Shown here: in pieces, positions 31,272 through 41,475 of the stretch | How positions within the stretch are numbered: the stretch's first letter is position 1 | Layout: each line of letters begins with the position of its first letter | Assembly (NCBI GenBank): GCA_944391315.1 | Contig: CALXTD010000005.1 | Location: 2,523 to 66,522 of the forward strand | Direction: 5' to 3' | DNA length: 64,000 nt | Origin: an uncultured Alphaproteobacteria bacterium | Lineage (GTDB): Bacteria > Pseudomonadota > Alphaproteobacteria > RF32 > CAG-239 | Program-made: the position numbers and the translations under genes | Notes under the pieces: model-generated | The model's database searches: none | Told to the model about the DNA's origin: nothing | Seen by the model: only the letters and a program-made list of their open reading frames with translations

Positions 31272-34200
31272 ATGTTTTCAAGAATATTCATTGAACGCCC
31301 ACGTCTGGCAATGGTCATTTCCATTGTCTTGACCCTGGCGGGAGCAATCTCTGTATTCTCACTCCCGATTTCATTATATCCGGAAATCACCCCGCCGATG
31401 GTAACGGTATCCGCCAACTACCCCGGCGCCAGCGCCGACGTTTTGGCTAAAACAGTCGGTATTCCGATTGAACAAGAAATCAATGGTGTTGAAGACATGT
31501 TATACATGGACTCAACATCACAAAATAATGGCTCATATTCTTTGTCTGTTTCTTTTGAAGTTGGAACAGATCCGGATATGGCACAAGTTAAGGTGCAAAA
31601 CCGCGTTCAACAAGCTACCCCGAAACTTCCGAGCGAAGTTCAAAGACAAGGTATCAGCGTCACCCGTCGTTCGTCCGATATTTTAGGCTTTTTGAGTGCA
31701 CGTTCACCGAAAGGAACTCATGACAGAAAGTTTATCAGTAACTATGTTGAAAACAACATCAAAAACAACTTGGCTCGTATTAACGGTGTTGGTGAAGTTA
31801 GCGTACACGCTTCTCCTCTGAGCATGCGTGTTTGGTTAAATGCCAACAAACTCAGCGCCTTAAACTTGCCGGTAGCAAATGTCATTGCCGCGATAGAAGG
31901 CCAAAACTATCAACCGTCTTTAGGTAGTATTGGTGCCATGCCGGGTGACGGCGACCAACAAATGGTCTATACCCTACAAACGCAAGGGCGTATTAACGAG
32001 GCTGAAGAATTCGGAAACATCATTGTCCGCACAGCCGAAGATGGCGGCTTAGTCAAACTAAAAGACGTTGCCAAAGTTGAAATCGGAACAGAAAGCTATA
32101 GTGTTGAATCAACCCTTGATGGAGGACCATCTGTTGCAATCTCACTAAACCTTTCATCGGGTGCGAACGCTTTGGAAACCATGGAAGCCGTAAAACAAGA
32201 ATTAAAGAGAATGGAACAACTCTATCCGGAAGACTTCCAAGTTGATATCACCTATGATGCAACCCTGTACATTGTCTCATCAATTGAAGAAGTTATCTTC
32301 ACTTTGGTTTTGACCTTTGCATTGGTTATCGGTGTATGCTATCTGTTTTTACAAGACTGGCGTGCAACTTTGGTTCCGTCATTAACCATTCCGGTATCAT
32401 TATTTGCGACCTTTGCCGTCATGATGGCCTTAGGCTACAGCATCAACTTGCTCACCTTGTTCGGTTTGGTTTTGGCAATTGGTTTGGTGGTTGATGACGC
32501 GATTGTGGTTGTTGAACGTGTTTTGTATTTAATGGAAACAGAAAACTTAACCCCGAAAGAAGCAACGATTAAAGCCATGGAACAAGTTTCCAGCGCCGTT
32601 GTCGCCACGACATTGGTGTTGTTAGCTATTTTCGTTCCGGTCGGCTTCATGGGTGGTATTACCGGTAAAATTTATCAACAATTTGCGGTTACGATTTCAA
32701 CATCAGTTGCTTTCTCAGCCTTAAATGCGTTGACCTTATCTCCGGCATTATGTGCAACCTTACTCCGCCCGATAAAAGAAGTAACATCAGGCCCCTTGCA
32801 CATATTCAATATCATTTTGAACAAAGCCCGCAATCGCTATATTGGTGTTATAGCAATTATCGCACGAAAAGTCAGCGTTATTGCGCTTATTCTCGGGATG
32901 TTAATTCTTGGAAACTATGCATTTCTGAAAACCAGCCAAACCTCATTCATTCCAAATGAAGACCAAGGCGTTATCTTGGCCAACTTCCAATTACCGGAAG
33001 GAGCATCATTTGAAAGAACGAGAGAACTGATAAAGAAACTCTATCCGACCATTAAAGCCGAACCTGGCGTCAGCAATGTCATGTCGATTATCGGCTTCAG
33101 CTTGATTGGCGGTAGCGGTGAAAACGTAGCCTTCTCCGTCATTACACTGGATCCATGGAACAAGCGTAAAGACGAAGAGCTTTATTCTACCAACATCTTG
33201 AACCGTATTAAGGCTAAGATAGCCAACACACCGGAAGCAGAAATCAACATGTTTGAATTTCCGGCCATTCCGGGCTTAGGTACAAGCGGGGGTATGGATT
33301 ATCGTTTGCAATCTTTGGATAGCTCAGACGCAAATGAGTTATATAGCACGATGCAAGGCTTTTTAGGACGGTTAAACTCCTCACCGGCCATCAACTACGC
33401 CTACTCGACTTATACCTCACAAACGCCGCACATAAACATCGAAATTGAGAAAGAAAAAGCTGAAAGTATGGGTATTTCTATCGGAGATATTTATACCATT
33501 CTGCAAAACTACCTCGGTTCAACTTATGTAAACGACGTAAACTTCGGAACACAGGTTAATAAGGTTATTATTCAATCAGATTGGCCGTTCCGTAAGGATG
33601 TTGATTCGATTAAGAACTTATATGTTCAAAACAAAAACGGCGACATGGTTCCTCTGGGAACGGTTGTTAAATTGGATAAAGTTTTAGCTCCGAGAACAAT
33701 CGAACGCTATAACCAATATCCGGCAGCAACGATTACAGCCGTACAAAGTCAGGATATGAGTACCGGTCAAGCCATGGCAGAGGTTGAAGAATTGTCAAAA
33801 CTCTTGCCCAAAGGCTACAGCTACCAGTGGTCAGGAATGAGCTTCCAAGAAAAAGGAACTGAAGGACAAATCGGTTACCTGATTATCTTGGCTATTACCT
33901 TTGGTTATTTGTTCTTGGTTGCACAATATGAAAGCTGGGCAATGCCTCTGCCGGTATTGACATCAATCACCGTCGCAATGTTAGGTGCCTTTGCCGGATT
34001 GTTCATCACCGGATTACCCTTGAGTATTTACGCTCAATTAGGCTTAATCTTGTTGGTCGGTTTGGCCAGTAAGAACGCTATTTTGATTGTTGAGTTCTCT
34101 AAAGAAGAACGTGAAAGAGGCTCCTCAATCGTCAAAGCGGCCACCACCGGCACAAAAGAACGTTTCCGTGCGGTTTTGATGACAGCCTTCACCTTCATTT

Positions 34201-34373
34201 TGGGTGTATGGCCGATGATTGTCGCCACGGGCGCCGGTGCCTCAAGCCGTATTGCGATCGGTGTTCCGGTATTCTACGGCATGTTGCTGGGAACCGCCGG
34301 CGGCTTGCTCGTCATTCCGCTGCTTTACGTTTTGTTTGAAACAATCCGTGAAAAAGTAAGCAGAAAAAAATAA
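31272..34373 (+). CDS. RND efflux transporter, AcrB/HAE1 family
   Basis: 1033 aa. [24 protein letters not shown] at the N-terminus and a 12-TM pattern with two large periplasmic loops. Confidence 0.95.
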   Translation: MFSRIFIERPRLAMVISIVLTLAGAISVFSLPISLYPEITPPMVTVSANYPGASADVLAKTVGIPIEQEINGVEDMLYMDSTSQNNGSYSLSVSFEVGTDPDMAQVKVQNRVQQATPKLPSEVQRQGISVTRRSSDILGFLSARSPKGTHDRKFISNYVENNIKNNLARINGVGEVSVHASPLSMRVWLNANKLSALNLPVANVIAAIEGQNYQPSLGSIGAMPGDGDQQMVYTLQTQGRINEAEEFGNIIVRTAEDGGLVKLKDVAKVEIGTESYSVESTLDGGPSVAISLNLSSGANALETMEAVKQELKRMEQLYPEDFQVDITYDATLYIVSSIEEVIFTLVLTFALVIGVCYLFLQDWRATLVPSLTIPVSLFATFAVMMALGYSINLLTLFGLVLAIGLVVDDAIVVVERVLYLMETENLTPKEATIKAMEQVSSAVVATTLVLLAIFVPVGFMGGITGKIYQQFAVTISTSVAFSALNALTLSPALCATLLRPIKEVTSGPLHIFNIILNKARNRYIGVIAIIARKVSVIALILGMLILGNYAFLKTSQTSFIPNEDQGVILANFQLPEGASFERTRELIKKLYPTIKAEPGVSNVMSIIGFSLIGGSGENVAFSVITLDPWNKRKDEELYSTNILNRIKAKIANTPEAEINMFEFPAIPGLGTSGGMDYRLQSLDSSDANELYSTMQGFLGRLNSSPAINYAYSTYTSQTPHINIEIEKEKAESMGISIGDIYTILQNYLGSTYVNDVNFGTQVNKVIIQSDWPFRKDVDSIKNLYVQNKNGDMVPLGTVVKLDKVLAPRTIERYNQYPAATITAVQSQDMSTGQAMAEVEELSKLLPKGYSYQWSGMSFQEKGTEGQIGYLIILAITFGYLFLVAQYESWAMPLPVLTSITVAMLGAFAGLFITGLPLSIYAQLGLILLVGLASKNAILIVEFSKEERERGSSIVKAATTGTKERFRAVLMTAFTFILGVWPMIVATGAGASSRIAIGVPVFYGMLLGTAGGLLVIPLLYVLFETIREKVSRKK

Positions 34374-34391
34374 AAAAACACAAACAACAAA

Positions 34392-34421
34392 AATACCTCA
34401 CAGAACGTGAGGTATTTTTTT
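34392..34421 (+). terminator. rho-independent terminator of the efflux operon
   Basis: 10-bp stem aatacctcac/gtgaggtatt, 5-nt loop, then a T-run. Confidence 0.7.
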
Positions 34422-34470
34422 ATATAAAATAAAGAAATTTGTGTTATAATAAAACAAAAAGGAAAAAAAG

Positions 34471-36489
34471 ATGAACGATGCAATACTAAAAAAAGAATAT
34501 CAAGACAAAAAACAAAAAGTGCAGTATTGCACAATTGGAAAAGAAACACTTATAATCCCCATCATCTATAAAGGCAACAAAGACCTATTTGCCGATGACC
34601 TCTTCAGCTATGAAGAAGAAGCTGAAAAATATAGAAAACATAATCAAACCTGCGCACAGGGAAAAGAACTTGACCCTCAAATGTTGTTCACAGGAGACAT
34701 ATCTTTTCTCCCACCTTTTGACCTCATAAGATCAAATTGCTCTCAGCAAGAAATCATCAAAAAAGCCACACAAAGGGCCCTAAGAAAATATAAAGCGGCA
34801 CTAAAAAAAATAAATCGCCATAATGAAAAAGAATATCCAGCCTCACCTGTTTTGGCAAAAATGGATAAAGAAACTTTGGAAAATTTAGATAAAAAGCATC
34901 AACGCTACTGCGCCGATAAACTACTGCAAAAATTCGGACAAACAGCAAAGTTCAGTACCCAGCAAATAGCTCAAATAAGTGCCGGTATTACAGGAATTTT
35001 ACCGGTTGTCGCCTATCATTTTATGGATAAAAAATTTCACTTTGCAAATTCCAAAACCAAAAACACTATTGATAAAAAAGTTGTTCCTTATATATGCAAA
35101 GGCGCCTTAAAAAGCTTCATTCCATTAGCCATATATAGCGCGCCCAAACTCATCCCAGATAAAGCCCCAGAGACAACAAGCAATAATAAGGAAACACCAA
35201 CGATTACTATTGTGCAAACGCCTCAAAAAACAACTGAGACAGAAAGCTCACAAATCAATAAAAAATATAAAATAGACGACCTCAAAAGCTTTCATCAACT
35301 TTATAATGACGCCCTTAATTTTATGGCATTATCAATGTTTCCAACTGAAGTTTTGGTAAACGAGGCTTATACCGATAATGGCAAAACAATTAACACCATC
35401 GGACTTGGCAGCTTTTGGTTTCCCAAAGACGGCAATCCGCAAAGCAGTGAATGGATATTAACATCTAACTATGTTAAAAAGAAAAAAATAAAACTCACAG
35501 GCCCTCAAGCCTTGGCCTTAACAGATGGTTGGTACCGCCACCGTGAAAACGGAAGAGTCTACAAAGACATGTACAAAAGACTAAAAGGCTGTGAACTAAA
35601 GGCACATGAATTTGCCGCCATTGCAACCGTTATGTATAACAATGAAGTCAACGGTAAAGAACTATGCGACTTTGTAAAGAAAAACTACCAAACCCCAACC
35701 AAATGTGCAGCCAAAATTATGGATTTAAAACCACAAAATTCACGTTTTAATGACGGCATTCTCAAGCGCCATGCTCATGAAGCCCTTATCTATTTAAACT
35801 GTAATGACTACGCTGAAAAAATTCCTTATTTTGTTATCAAAAAAGGAAAAACATCTAAAGGAAAAACTTATTATGTAACATCCGTAACTCAGCTATCTCC
35901 TCAAGACTGTCACCCCATGTTGCAAGGGCTTAAAAACGGCAGCATCAAAGAAGCAGAACAATTAGCTCAAAAGATTGAAAACTATCGCTGCAAAGGCGGC
36001 AAAACCGTTTATAAAATTGCAGACCAAAACAACATAAGCCAACTTTATAGCTACACTGGAAAAGACGTAAAATTTTATGAAATGTCACGCATAAATCTTG
36101 CTGAAAACAGCTATAAACAAGCATTAGATTATTATAAAAATAAAGACTACGAACAAGCCCTATCTTGTTTTAATGAAATGAGAAAAAACGGTTTTGACGG
36201 AGCTGACATTCGCAATGACATGGCCATTACCTACTATAACATGGGTGAATATGAAAACTGCATAAAAGAATGCCAAGAGGTTTTAAAAACCGGAGAAAAA
36301 GAGCTTTACGCCGCCGCCAACTATAATGCCGGCAAAGCCTACGAAAAACTCGGCAATAAAGACAAAGCCTTAAAAAATTATCAACTTGCTCAGCAAAGAG
36401 ATCCTGAAGAAAAAGCCTACCAAAGCGCCGTTCAACGATTGTCAAAACTGGCACATAATTTTTCAAACAATGGCAAATCAAGGGGATAA
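34471..36489 (+). CDS. large hypothetical protein with a GH24 (phage-type) lysozyme-like core and C-terminal TPR repeats
   Basis: FPTEVLVNEAYTDNGKTINTIGLG gives E293-x8-D302-x6-T309 followed by IGLG, as in T4/P22 lysozymes. HEFAAIATVMYNNEV and GILKRHAHEALIYL align with later GH24 helices. The TPR-like repeats run YKQALDYYKNKDYEQAL...AGKAYEKLGNKDKALKNYQLA. Confidence 0.6.
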   Translation: MNDAILKKEYQDKKQKVQYCTIGKETLIIPIIYKGNKDLFADDLFSYEEEAEKYRKHNQTCAQGKELDPQMLFTGDISFLPPFDLIRSNCSQQEIIKKATQRALRKYKAALKKINRHNEKEYPASPVLAKMDKETLENLDKKHQRYCADKLLQKFGQTAKFSTQQIAQISAGITGILPVVAYHFMDKKFHFANSKTKNTIDKKVVPYICKGALKSFIPLAIYSAPKLIPDKAPETTSNNKETPTITIVQTPQKTTETESSQINKKYKIDDLKSFHQLYNDALNFMALSMFPTEVLVNEAYTDNGKTINTIGLGSFWFPKDGNPQSSEWILTSNYVKKKKIKLTGPQALALTDGWYRHRENGRVYKDMYKRLKGCELKAHEFAAIATVMYNNEVNGKELCDFVKKNYQTPTKCAAKIMDLKPQNSRFNDGILKRHAHEALIYLNCNDYAEKIPYFVIKKGKTSKGKTYYVTSVTQLSPQDCHPMLQGLKNGSIKEAEQLAQKIENYRCKGGKTVYKIADQNNISQLYSYTGKDVKFYEMSRINLAENSYKQALDYYKNKDYEQALSCFNEMRKNGFDGADIRNDMAITYYNMGEYENCIKECQEVLKTGEKELYAAANYNAGKAYEKLGNKDKALKNYQLAQQRDPEEKAYQSAVQRLSKLAHNFSNNGKSRG

Positions 36490-36588
36490 TCAAAAACATC
36501 TTGACAATCTTCCCTTGCGTGATACAAACACAATGTAAACTATATTATTAATTTTAAACAATATCATTATGGAAAAAAAGATGTTATA

Positions 36589-36774
36589 TCAGCTATAGAA
36601 CAATGGATTGATATCAGAAAATTCCAACAATTTTCCACCCAACCGATCACGATAAAGTGCAACTGATGACGGTTTAGTCCGTTGCACTCGAGAGTGAATA
36701 ACAAAACTTGGAGAAATTCGGTAACCGATAATCCGCCCGTTTTCAGGAAGATACTTAGTAGATTCAATTTTCAT
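36589..36774 (-). CDS. small hypothetical protein (start overlaps the stop of the upstream small ORF)
   Basis: The ATG at 36774 lies inside the sequence ATGAAAATTGA that contains the upstream TGA. 61 aa, no motif. Confidence 0.3.
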   Translation of the reverse strand: MKIESTKYLPENGRIIGYRISPSFVIHSRVQRTKPSSVALYRDRLGGKLLEFSDINPLFYS

Positions 36775-36991
36775 AAACATAGCGCGGCTCAGTATAGTCA
36801 TCTACTTTCTCAGGCAATTTTCCATTCCAAATCAGCTCACCTGCCGGACCAACATAAACACCAGCCTTACCGGAAAGCTCATCTTGAATCCGTTTCCGTT
36901 GCTTTGAAACATTACGCAAACAAACAATAAAAAAAGCAACAAAAATAACAGCAGAAACAATAATAGTCCCTAACAAAAGGTTTTGATCCAT
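36764..36991 (-). CDS. small single-pass membrane protein, hypothetical
   Basis: 75 aa, N-terminal TM segment LLGTIIVSAVIFVAFFIVCL followed by a basic stretch. Confidence 0.4.
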   Translation of the reverse strand: MDQNLLLGTIIVSAVIFVAFFIVCLRNVSKQRKRIQDELSGKAGVYVGPAGELIWNGKLPEKVDDYTEPRYVYEN

Positions 36992-37171
36992 AATTATACC
37001 GGAATATTTATTGAGGCTTATATGACCGGATCCTCAGAGATTATACATAATGATATTTATTTCGATTTTTAACCTACCATCTCCCTTAAAATTGTCAACT
37101 CAAAACACCGGAGAATTTTGCATGAATGATAAAGAGCAAAAAATTTTAGTATGCTAAATACCAAAAAGCTC

Positions 37172-37669
37172 GGAGAACGAGACGAATAATAAGATTTAAG
37201 GAAGGAAAAAGCGCAGCGTACAAAATAGTACGTGAACATTTTTCCTATCCGTAAAATCTGTATTAGTCGACCACAGTGCGAACTTGTAAAACTGGGTAGA
37301 ATAGTACAGATAGAGGCATTTCTAGCTGCGAGAAAAATTTTAGTGTACAGAGTAGTACATGAATTTTTCGAGACAGCGTAAAATGCCTCTAGATGTGCTG
37401 TTATACACAGTTTTATTAAAACTGGGGAGAACGAGACAAATAATAAGATTTAAGGAAGGAAAAAGCGCAGCGTACAAAATAGTACGTGAACATTTTTCCT
37501 ATCCGTAAAATCTGTATTAGTCGACCACAGTGCGAACTTGTAAAACTGGGTAGAATAGTACAGATAGAGGCATTTCTAGCTGCGAGAAAAATTTTAGTGT
37601 ACAGAGTAGTACATGAATTTTTCGAGACAGCGTAAAATGCCTCTAGATGTGCTGTTATACACAGTTTTA
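37172..37669. repeat. tandem direct repeat, 2 copies with a 254-bp period, each made of two diverged ~125-nt hairpin modules (A-B-A-B)
   Basis: By hand alignment, 37172-37415 and 37426-37669 are identical except for one position (37184 g versus 37438 a). Confidence 0.92.
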
Positions 37670-37672
37670 CTT

Positions 37673-38122
37673 TTATTTGGCAATCATCGCCGTAAACTCA
37701 GCCTCCGACACCACCTTGCCATCAACAAGGGATTGTCCACGGAAAACATAAACACGACCATGCTCTTTGATTTTTTCAACATGCATTCTGAGCTGATCTC
37801 CGGGTTTTACCGGCTTGCGGAATTTTACACCGTCAATTGACATAAAGAAAACGCCTTTTTTGTTTTCTTTATAGTTTTCAAAACTTGAGATAACCAAGGC
37901 ACCGGCTGTTTGAGCCATTGCTTCAATTTGCAAAACACCAGGCATTACCGGATTTCCGGGGAAATGTCCTTGGAAAAATTCTTCATTCATGGTAACATTT
38001 TTAAGACCAACACCTTTTTCACCGGGAATTTCAACCTCAAGACGGTCAACCAACAAAAACGGATAGCGGTGTGGAAGCATATCCATAATTTCTTCAACAG
38101 TATAAATTTTATTTTCAGCCAT
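37673..38122 (-). CDS. fabZ: 3-hydroxyacyl-ACP dehydratase FabZ
   Basis: LPHRYPFLLVDR, FFQGHFPGNPVMPGVL. Confidence 0.95.
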   Translation of the reverse strand: MAENKIYTVEEIMDMLPHRYPFLLVDRLEVEIPGEKGVGLKNVTMNEEFFQGHFPGNPVMPGVLQIEAMAQTAGALVISSFENYKENKKGVFFMSIDGVKFRKPVKPGDQLRMHVEKIKEHGRVYVFRGQSLVDGKVVSEAEFTAMIAK

Positions 38123-38152
38123 TTTCTTTCCTTTACTATATCAAAATAAAAA

Positions 38153-39166
38153 CTATTTTTTACCAACCTTTTGCAAATATGCAACTTGGCGCATAAAATC
38201 TTTAAACTTAACGGCGGGGGAACCCATCATGATCTCTCCGGGAGCAATATCGCGCATAATACCGGATTGAGCGGCAATCTGTGCACCACTGCCAATATTC
38301 AGATGATCAGCAAAACCAGTCTGCCCACCACAAACCACATAATCGCCAAAAGTGCAGCTTCCGGCAATTCCGGTTTGTGAGACAACAACGCAACAATTCC
38401 CCAAACGATCATTATGAGCAATTTGAACCAAATTATCAATCTTGGTACCGTCTCCGATAACCGTATCATCAAGCGCACCACGGTCGATACAGGTATTAGC
38501 CCCGACCTCAACATTATTTCCAATAATCACACGACCGACTTGCGGAATTCTCTTATGATGGCCTTCCACCATCATAAAACCAAAACCATCTTGTCCTATG
38601 CGTGCCCCGCAATAAATATAACAATTATCACCGATAATAGAATAAGAAATTGAGGCATTGGCACCGATTCTGGTATTATTACCGATTTGGCAATGATGCC
38701 CGATAACAACATTTGGCTCAATACAACAATTTTCACCGATACGAACACCTTCGCCGATAACCACACCGTCCGATACAATTGAACCTTGTCCAATAATTGC
38801 CGTCGGATGAATTTTTGCAGTCGAAGCAATATTTGAAAATTGCTGCTGCTCAGCATATAATTCCTGATTTAATTTCAAGAAAGCCAGCTTCGGATTAGCT
38901 GCCACTAAAACGGCAACACTCTCCGGCACAAAAGGTGCAAGCTCTTCTGTGGTAACACACGCCGAAGCTTTTATTTCAGCTGCTTTTTCTTTAGCCTTTT
39001 TATCATAGAAAAAGCAGATTTCAGCCTCTTGCGCTTTTTCCATCGGCGCAATATTTTCAATCATTATCTGGGCCTTGGAAGGCTGCTTAAGCTCTGCTCC
39101 GCAGATTTCAGCAACCGTTGCCAAAGCAAAAGGACCATTATTGATATAAAAGCGAGTATCAACCAT
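38153..39166 (-). CDS. lpxD: UDP-3-O-(3-hydroxyacyl)glucosamine N-acyltransferase
   Basis: Left-handed beta-helix hexapeptide repeats and the position between bamA and fabZ. Confidence 0.92.
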   Translation of the reverse strand: MVDTRFYINNGPFALATVAEICGAELKQPSKAQIMIENIAPMEKAQEAEICFFYDKKAKEKAAEIKASACVTTEELAPFVPESVAVLVAANPKLAFLKLNQELYAEQQQFSNIASTAKIHPTAIIGQGSIVSDGVVIGEGVRIGENCCIEPNVVIGHHCQIGNNTRIGANASISYSIIGDNCYIYCGARIGQDGFGFMMVEGHHKRIPQVGRVIIGNNVEVGANTCIDRGALDDTVIGDGTKIDNLVQIAHNDRLGNCCVVVSQTGIAGSCTFGDYVVCGGQTGFADHLNIGSGAQIAAQSGIMRDIAPGEIMMGSPAVKFKDFMRQVAYLQKVGKK

Positions 39167-39175
39167 AACTTTCTC

Positions 39176-41440
39176 CTACAGTCTTGCACCAAAGTTCAAG
39201 CGGAAAATTTCTGTTTCATCATAGCTCTTCTTAACAACCGGAATAGCAAAGTCAATATCGATATTACCCATCGGAGACTGCCAGGTCAAACCGACACCGG
39301 TAGCTACACGCGGCGAAGAAGAATAGTAAACATCTTCGGTATTAATACCATCCGGCTTACCAATCATACCGACATCAATAAAGGTACGACCGCGAATTCC
39401 TAGCTCATCCAATCCCATCGGGAACGAAAGCTCGGTTCCGCCATAGAACATCCAGTTTCCGCCCAAAGCATCATCTGTCTTTTTATCTCTTGCGCCAACG
39501 CCACCATATTCAAAACCGCGCATGTTATAGCCACCCAAGAAATAACGGTTCATTAAACGAACATCTTTTCCGTTATAACCGGTAATATAACCACCGTTAG
39601 CAAAGAACTTTAAGGTGTAATAATCGGCAAAAGTATAATACTTATAAGCCTTGGCATCAAATCTCAAGAATTTTTCGTCACCACCGGCACCGGCAATATC
39701 ATTACCAAATGACAGATAGTAACCTTCTTTTGGATTAATTGCGCTGTCACGTTTGTCATAAACTGTGGTCTGACCAAAGATAGATCCGGTATATTCACCT
39801 TCTTCATCTTTAATGTATTGAGAAGCATCAGAGTCAACATTGCTGATTTTATCCTGACGCAAAGTATAGCGAACATACTGAGACAAATCATCGGTATAAT
39901 TCCACCCCAGACGCAAACGACCACCGGTTGCTTCGGTATCATAAGAACCTTCATCTTGATAATCTTCTTCCGTGCGGAACAAATCAATACCGGCACTTAA
40001 AGGACGTCCCATAAAATAAGGCTCGGTAAAGCTGAGGTTATAATCCTGAGCACGTTGAGAAACACCAAGATCAAGAGCAAGTTGCTGTCCCTTACCCAAG
40101 AAGTTATTTTCAGTAATACCGGTTCTGATTAACGCACCATTAACGGTAGAATAACCAACACCGACATTAAAATATCCGGTAGATTTTTCTTCAACATTAA
40201 CATCAACATCAGCGCTATTACCGTTGGCTTTCGGCACAGTCTTAATATCAACTTTGCTGAAATAATCCAGATTTTCAACATTACGACGAGAAGCTCTGAT
40301 TTTAGCCGCATTAAAGGCATCGCCTTCGGCAATGCGGAACTCACGACGAATAACCTCGTCTTCGGTACGTGTATTTCCGGTAATATTAATACGGTCAACA
40401 AACACACGTTCGCCTTCTTTTACTCTGAAAGTCAGATTAATTTTTGACTGAGCGGCATCACGAGAAAGTTCCGGCTCCACATCAACAAAAGCAAAACCAT
40501 GCTTACCAAGCGCATCGGTAATAGCATAAACGGATTTCTCAACCTTGTCGGCATTATACCAATCACCCTGCTCAAGCAAAACCTCTTCTTGCAAATAAGA
40601 GCCGTCAACATCTCTCAGCTCAGAAACAACGGCAATATCTCCGATTTCATAGCGAGGACCTTCATCAACAACATAAGTCAAAACAAAAGACTTTTTATCC
40701 GGACTAAGTTCTGCGATAGCTGATACCACGCGAAAATCAGCATAACCGTTTTTCAGATAAAAACGACGCAACAACTCTTTATCATAGTTCACACGATCGG
40801 CATCATAATTTTCCGAACTTGAAAAAACACGATACCAACGGCTTTCTTTACTCATAATCTCGCTCTGGAGTTCACTTCCGGTATAATGAGTGTTGCCGAT
40901 AAAATTAACTTTATCAATCGTCGCCAAAGGACCTTCATCAATTTCATAAACAAGATCAACACTGTTGTTTTCACGTTTAATAATCTTCGGCTCAACCACA
41001 ACGGCATAACGCCCCGTGCGTTTATAAACTTCAAGAATACGTTGAACATCATCTTGGGCCTTGGCTTTGCTGAAAGTCGAGCGTGGAGCCAACTGAACCT
41101 CAGAAGCCAACATATCGCTGTCCACATTGTCATTACCGTCAAAATAGCGTTCATTGATAATCGGACTTTCAACCACAGAGATAACCAACTCACCGCTTGG
41201 TGTAACATTAAAAGCCACATCATCAAACAAACCGGTAGCATAAAGCTGTTTCAAAGCATCGTTAAGTTTCTCTTCCGAAACACTTTGCCCCGACTGAATG
41301 TTCAAATAAGACATCACCGTTTCGTTCTCAACACGATCAAGCCCCGAAACAGAAATATCCCGAACATAAACATCAGCTGCCGCAACTTGCGACGCCAACA
41401 GCAAACTGAACAATGAAGCCCCTAAATATAATTTTTTCAT
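39176..41440 (-). CDS. bamA: outer membrane protein assembly factor BamA
   Basis: Signal peptide, POTRA repeats (IRDISVSGLDRVENETV...), and a C-terminal barrel ending FRLNFGARL. Confidence 0.95.
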   Translation of the reverse strand: MKKLYLGASLFSLLLASQVAAADVYVRDISVSGLDRVENETVMSYLNIQSGQSVSEEKLNDALKQLYATGLFDDVAFNVTPSGELVISVVESPIINERYFDGNDNVDSDMLASEVQLAPRSTFSKAKAQDDVQRILEVYKRTGRYAVVVEPKIIKRENNSVDLVYEIDEGPLATIDKVNFIGNTHYTGSELQSEIMSKESRWYRVFSSSENYDADRVNYDKELLRRFYLKNGYADFRVVSAIAELSPDKKSFVLTYVVDEGPRYEIGDIAVVSELRDVDGSYLQEEVLLEQGDWYNADKVEKSVYAITDALGKHGFAFVDVEPELSRDAAQSKINLTFRVKEGERVFVDRINITGNTRTEDEVIRREFRIAEGDAFNAAKIRASRRNVENLDYFSKVDIKTVPKANGNSADVDVNVEEKSTGYFNVGVGYSTVNGALIRTGITENNFLGKGQQLALDLGVSQRAQDYNLSFTEPYFMGRPLSAGIDLFRTEEDYQDEGSYDTEATGGRLRLGWNYTDDLSQYVRYTLRQDKISNVDSDASQYIKDEEGEYTGSIFGQTTVYDKRDSAINPKEGYYLSFGNDIAGAGGDEKFLRFDAKAYKYYTFADYYTLKFFANGGYITGYNGKDVRLMNRYFLGGYNMRGFEYGGVGARDKKTDDALGGNWMFYGGTELSFPMGLDELGIRGRTFIDVGMIGKPDGINTEDVYYSSSPRVATGVGLTWQSPMGNIDIDFAIPVVKKSYDETEIFRLNFGARL

Positions 41441-41475
41441 ATTTCAGTATCCCTTTAATTCAAAATTACACCACA

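Noticed and set aside
37172-37669. Possible CRISPR array because of regular direct repeats
   Set aside because: The period is 254 bp and the units abut each other. There are no 25-40 nt repeats separated by unique spacers, and no cas genes are present in the window.
37613-37840. 75-aa ORF starting inside the tandem repeat and running antisense into fabZ
   Set aside because: It begins in non-coding repeat DNA and overlaps the conserved fabZ C-terminus on the other strand.
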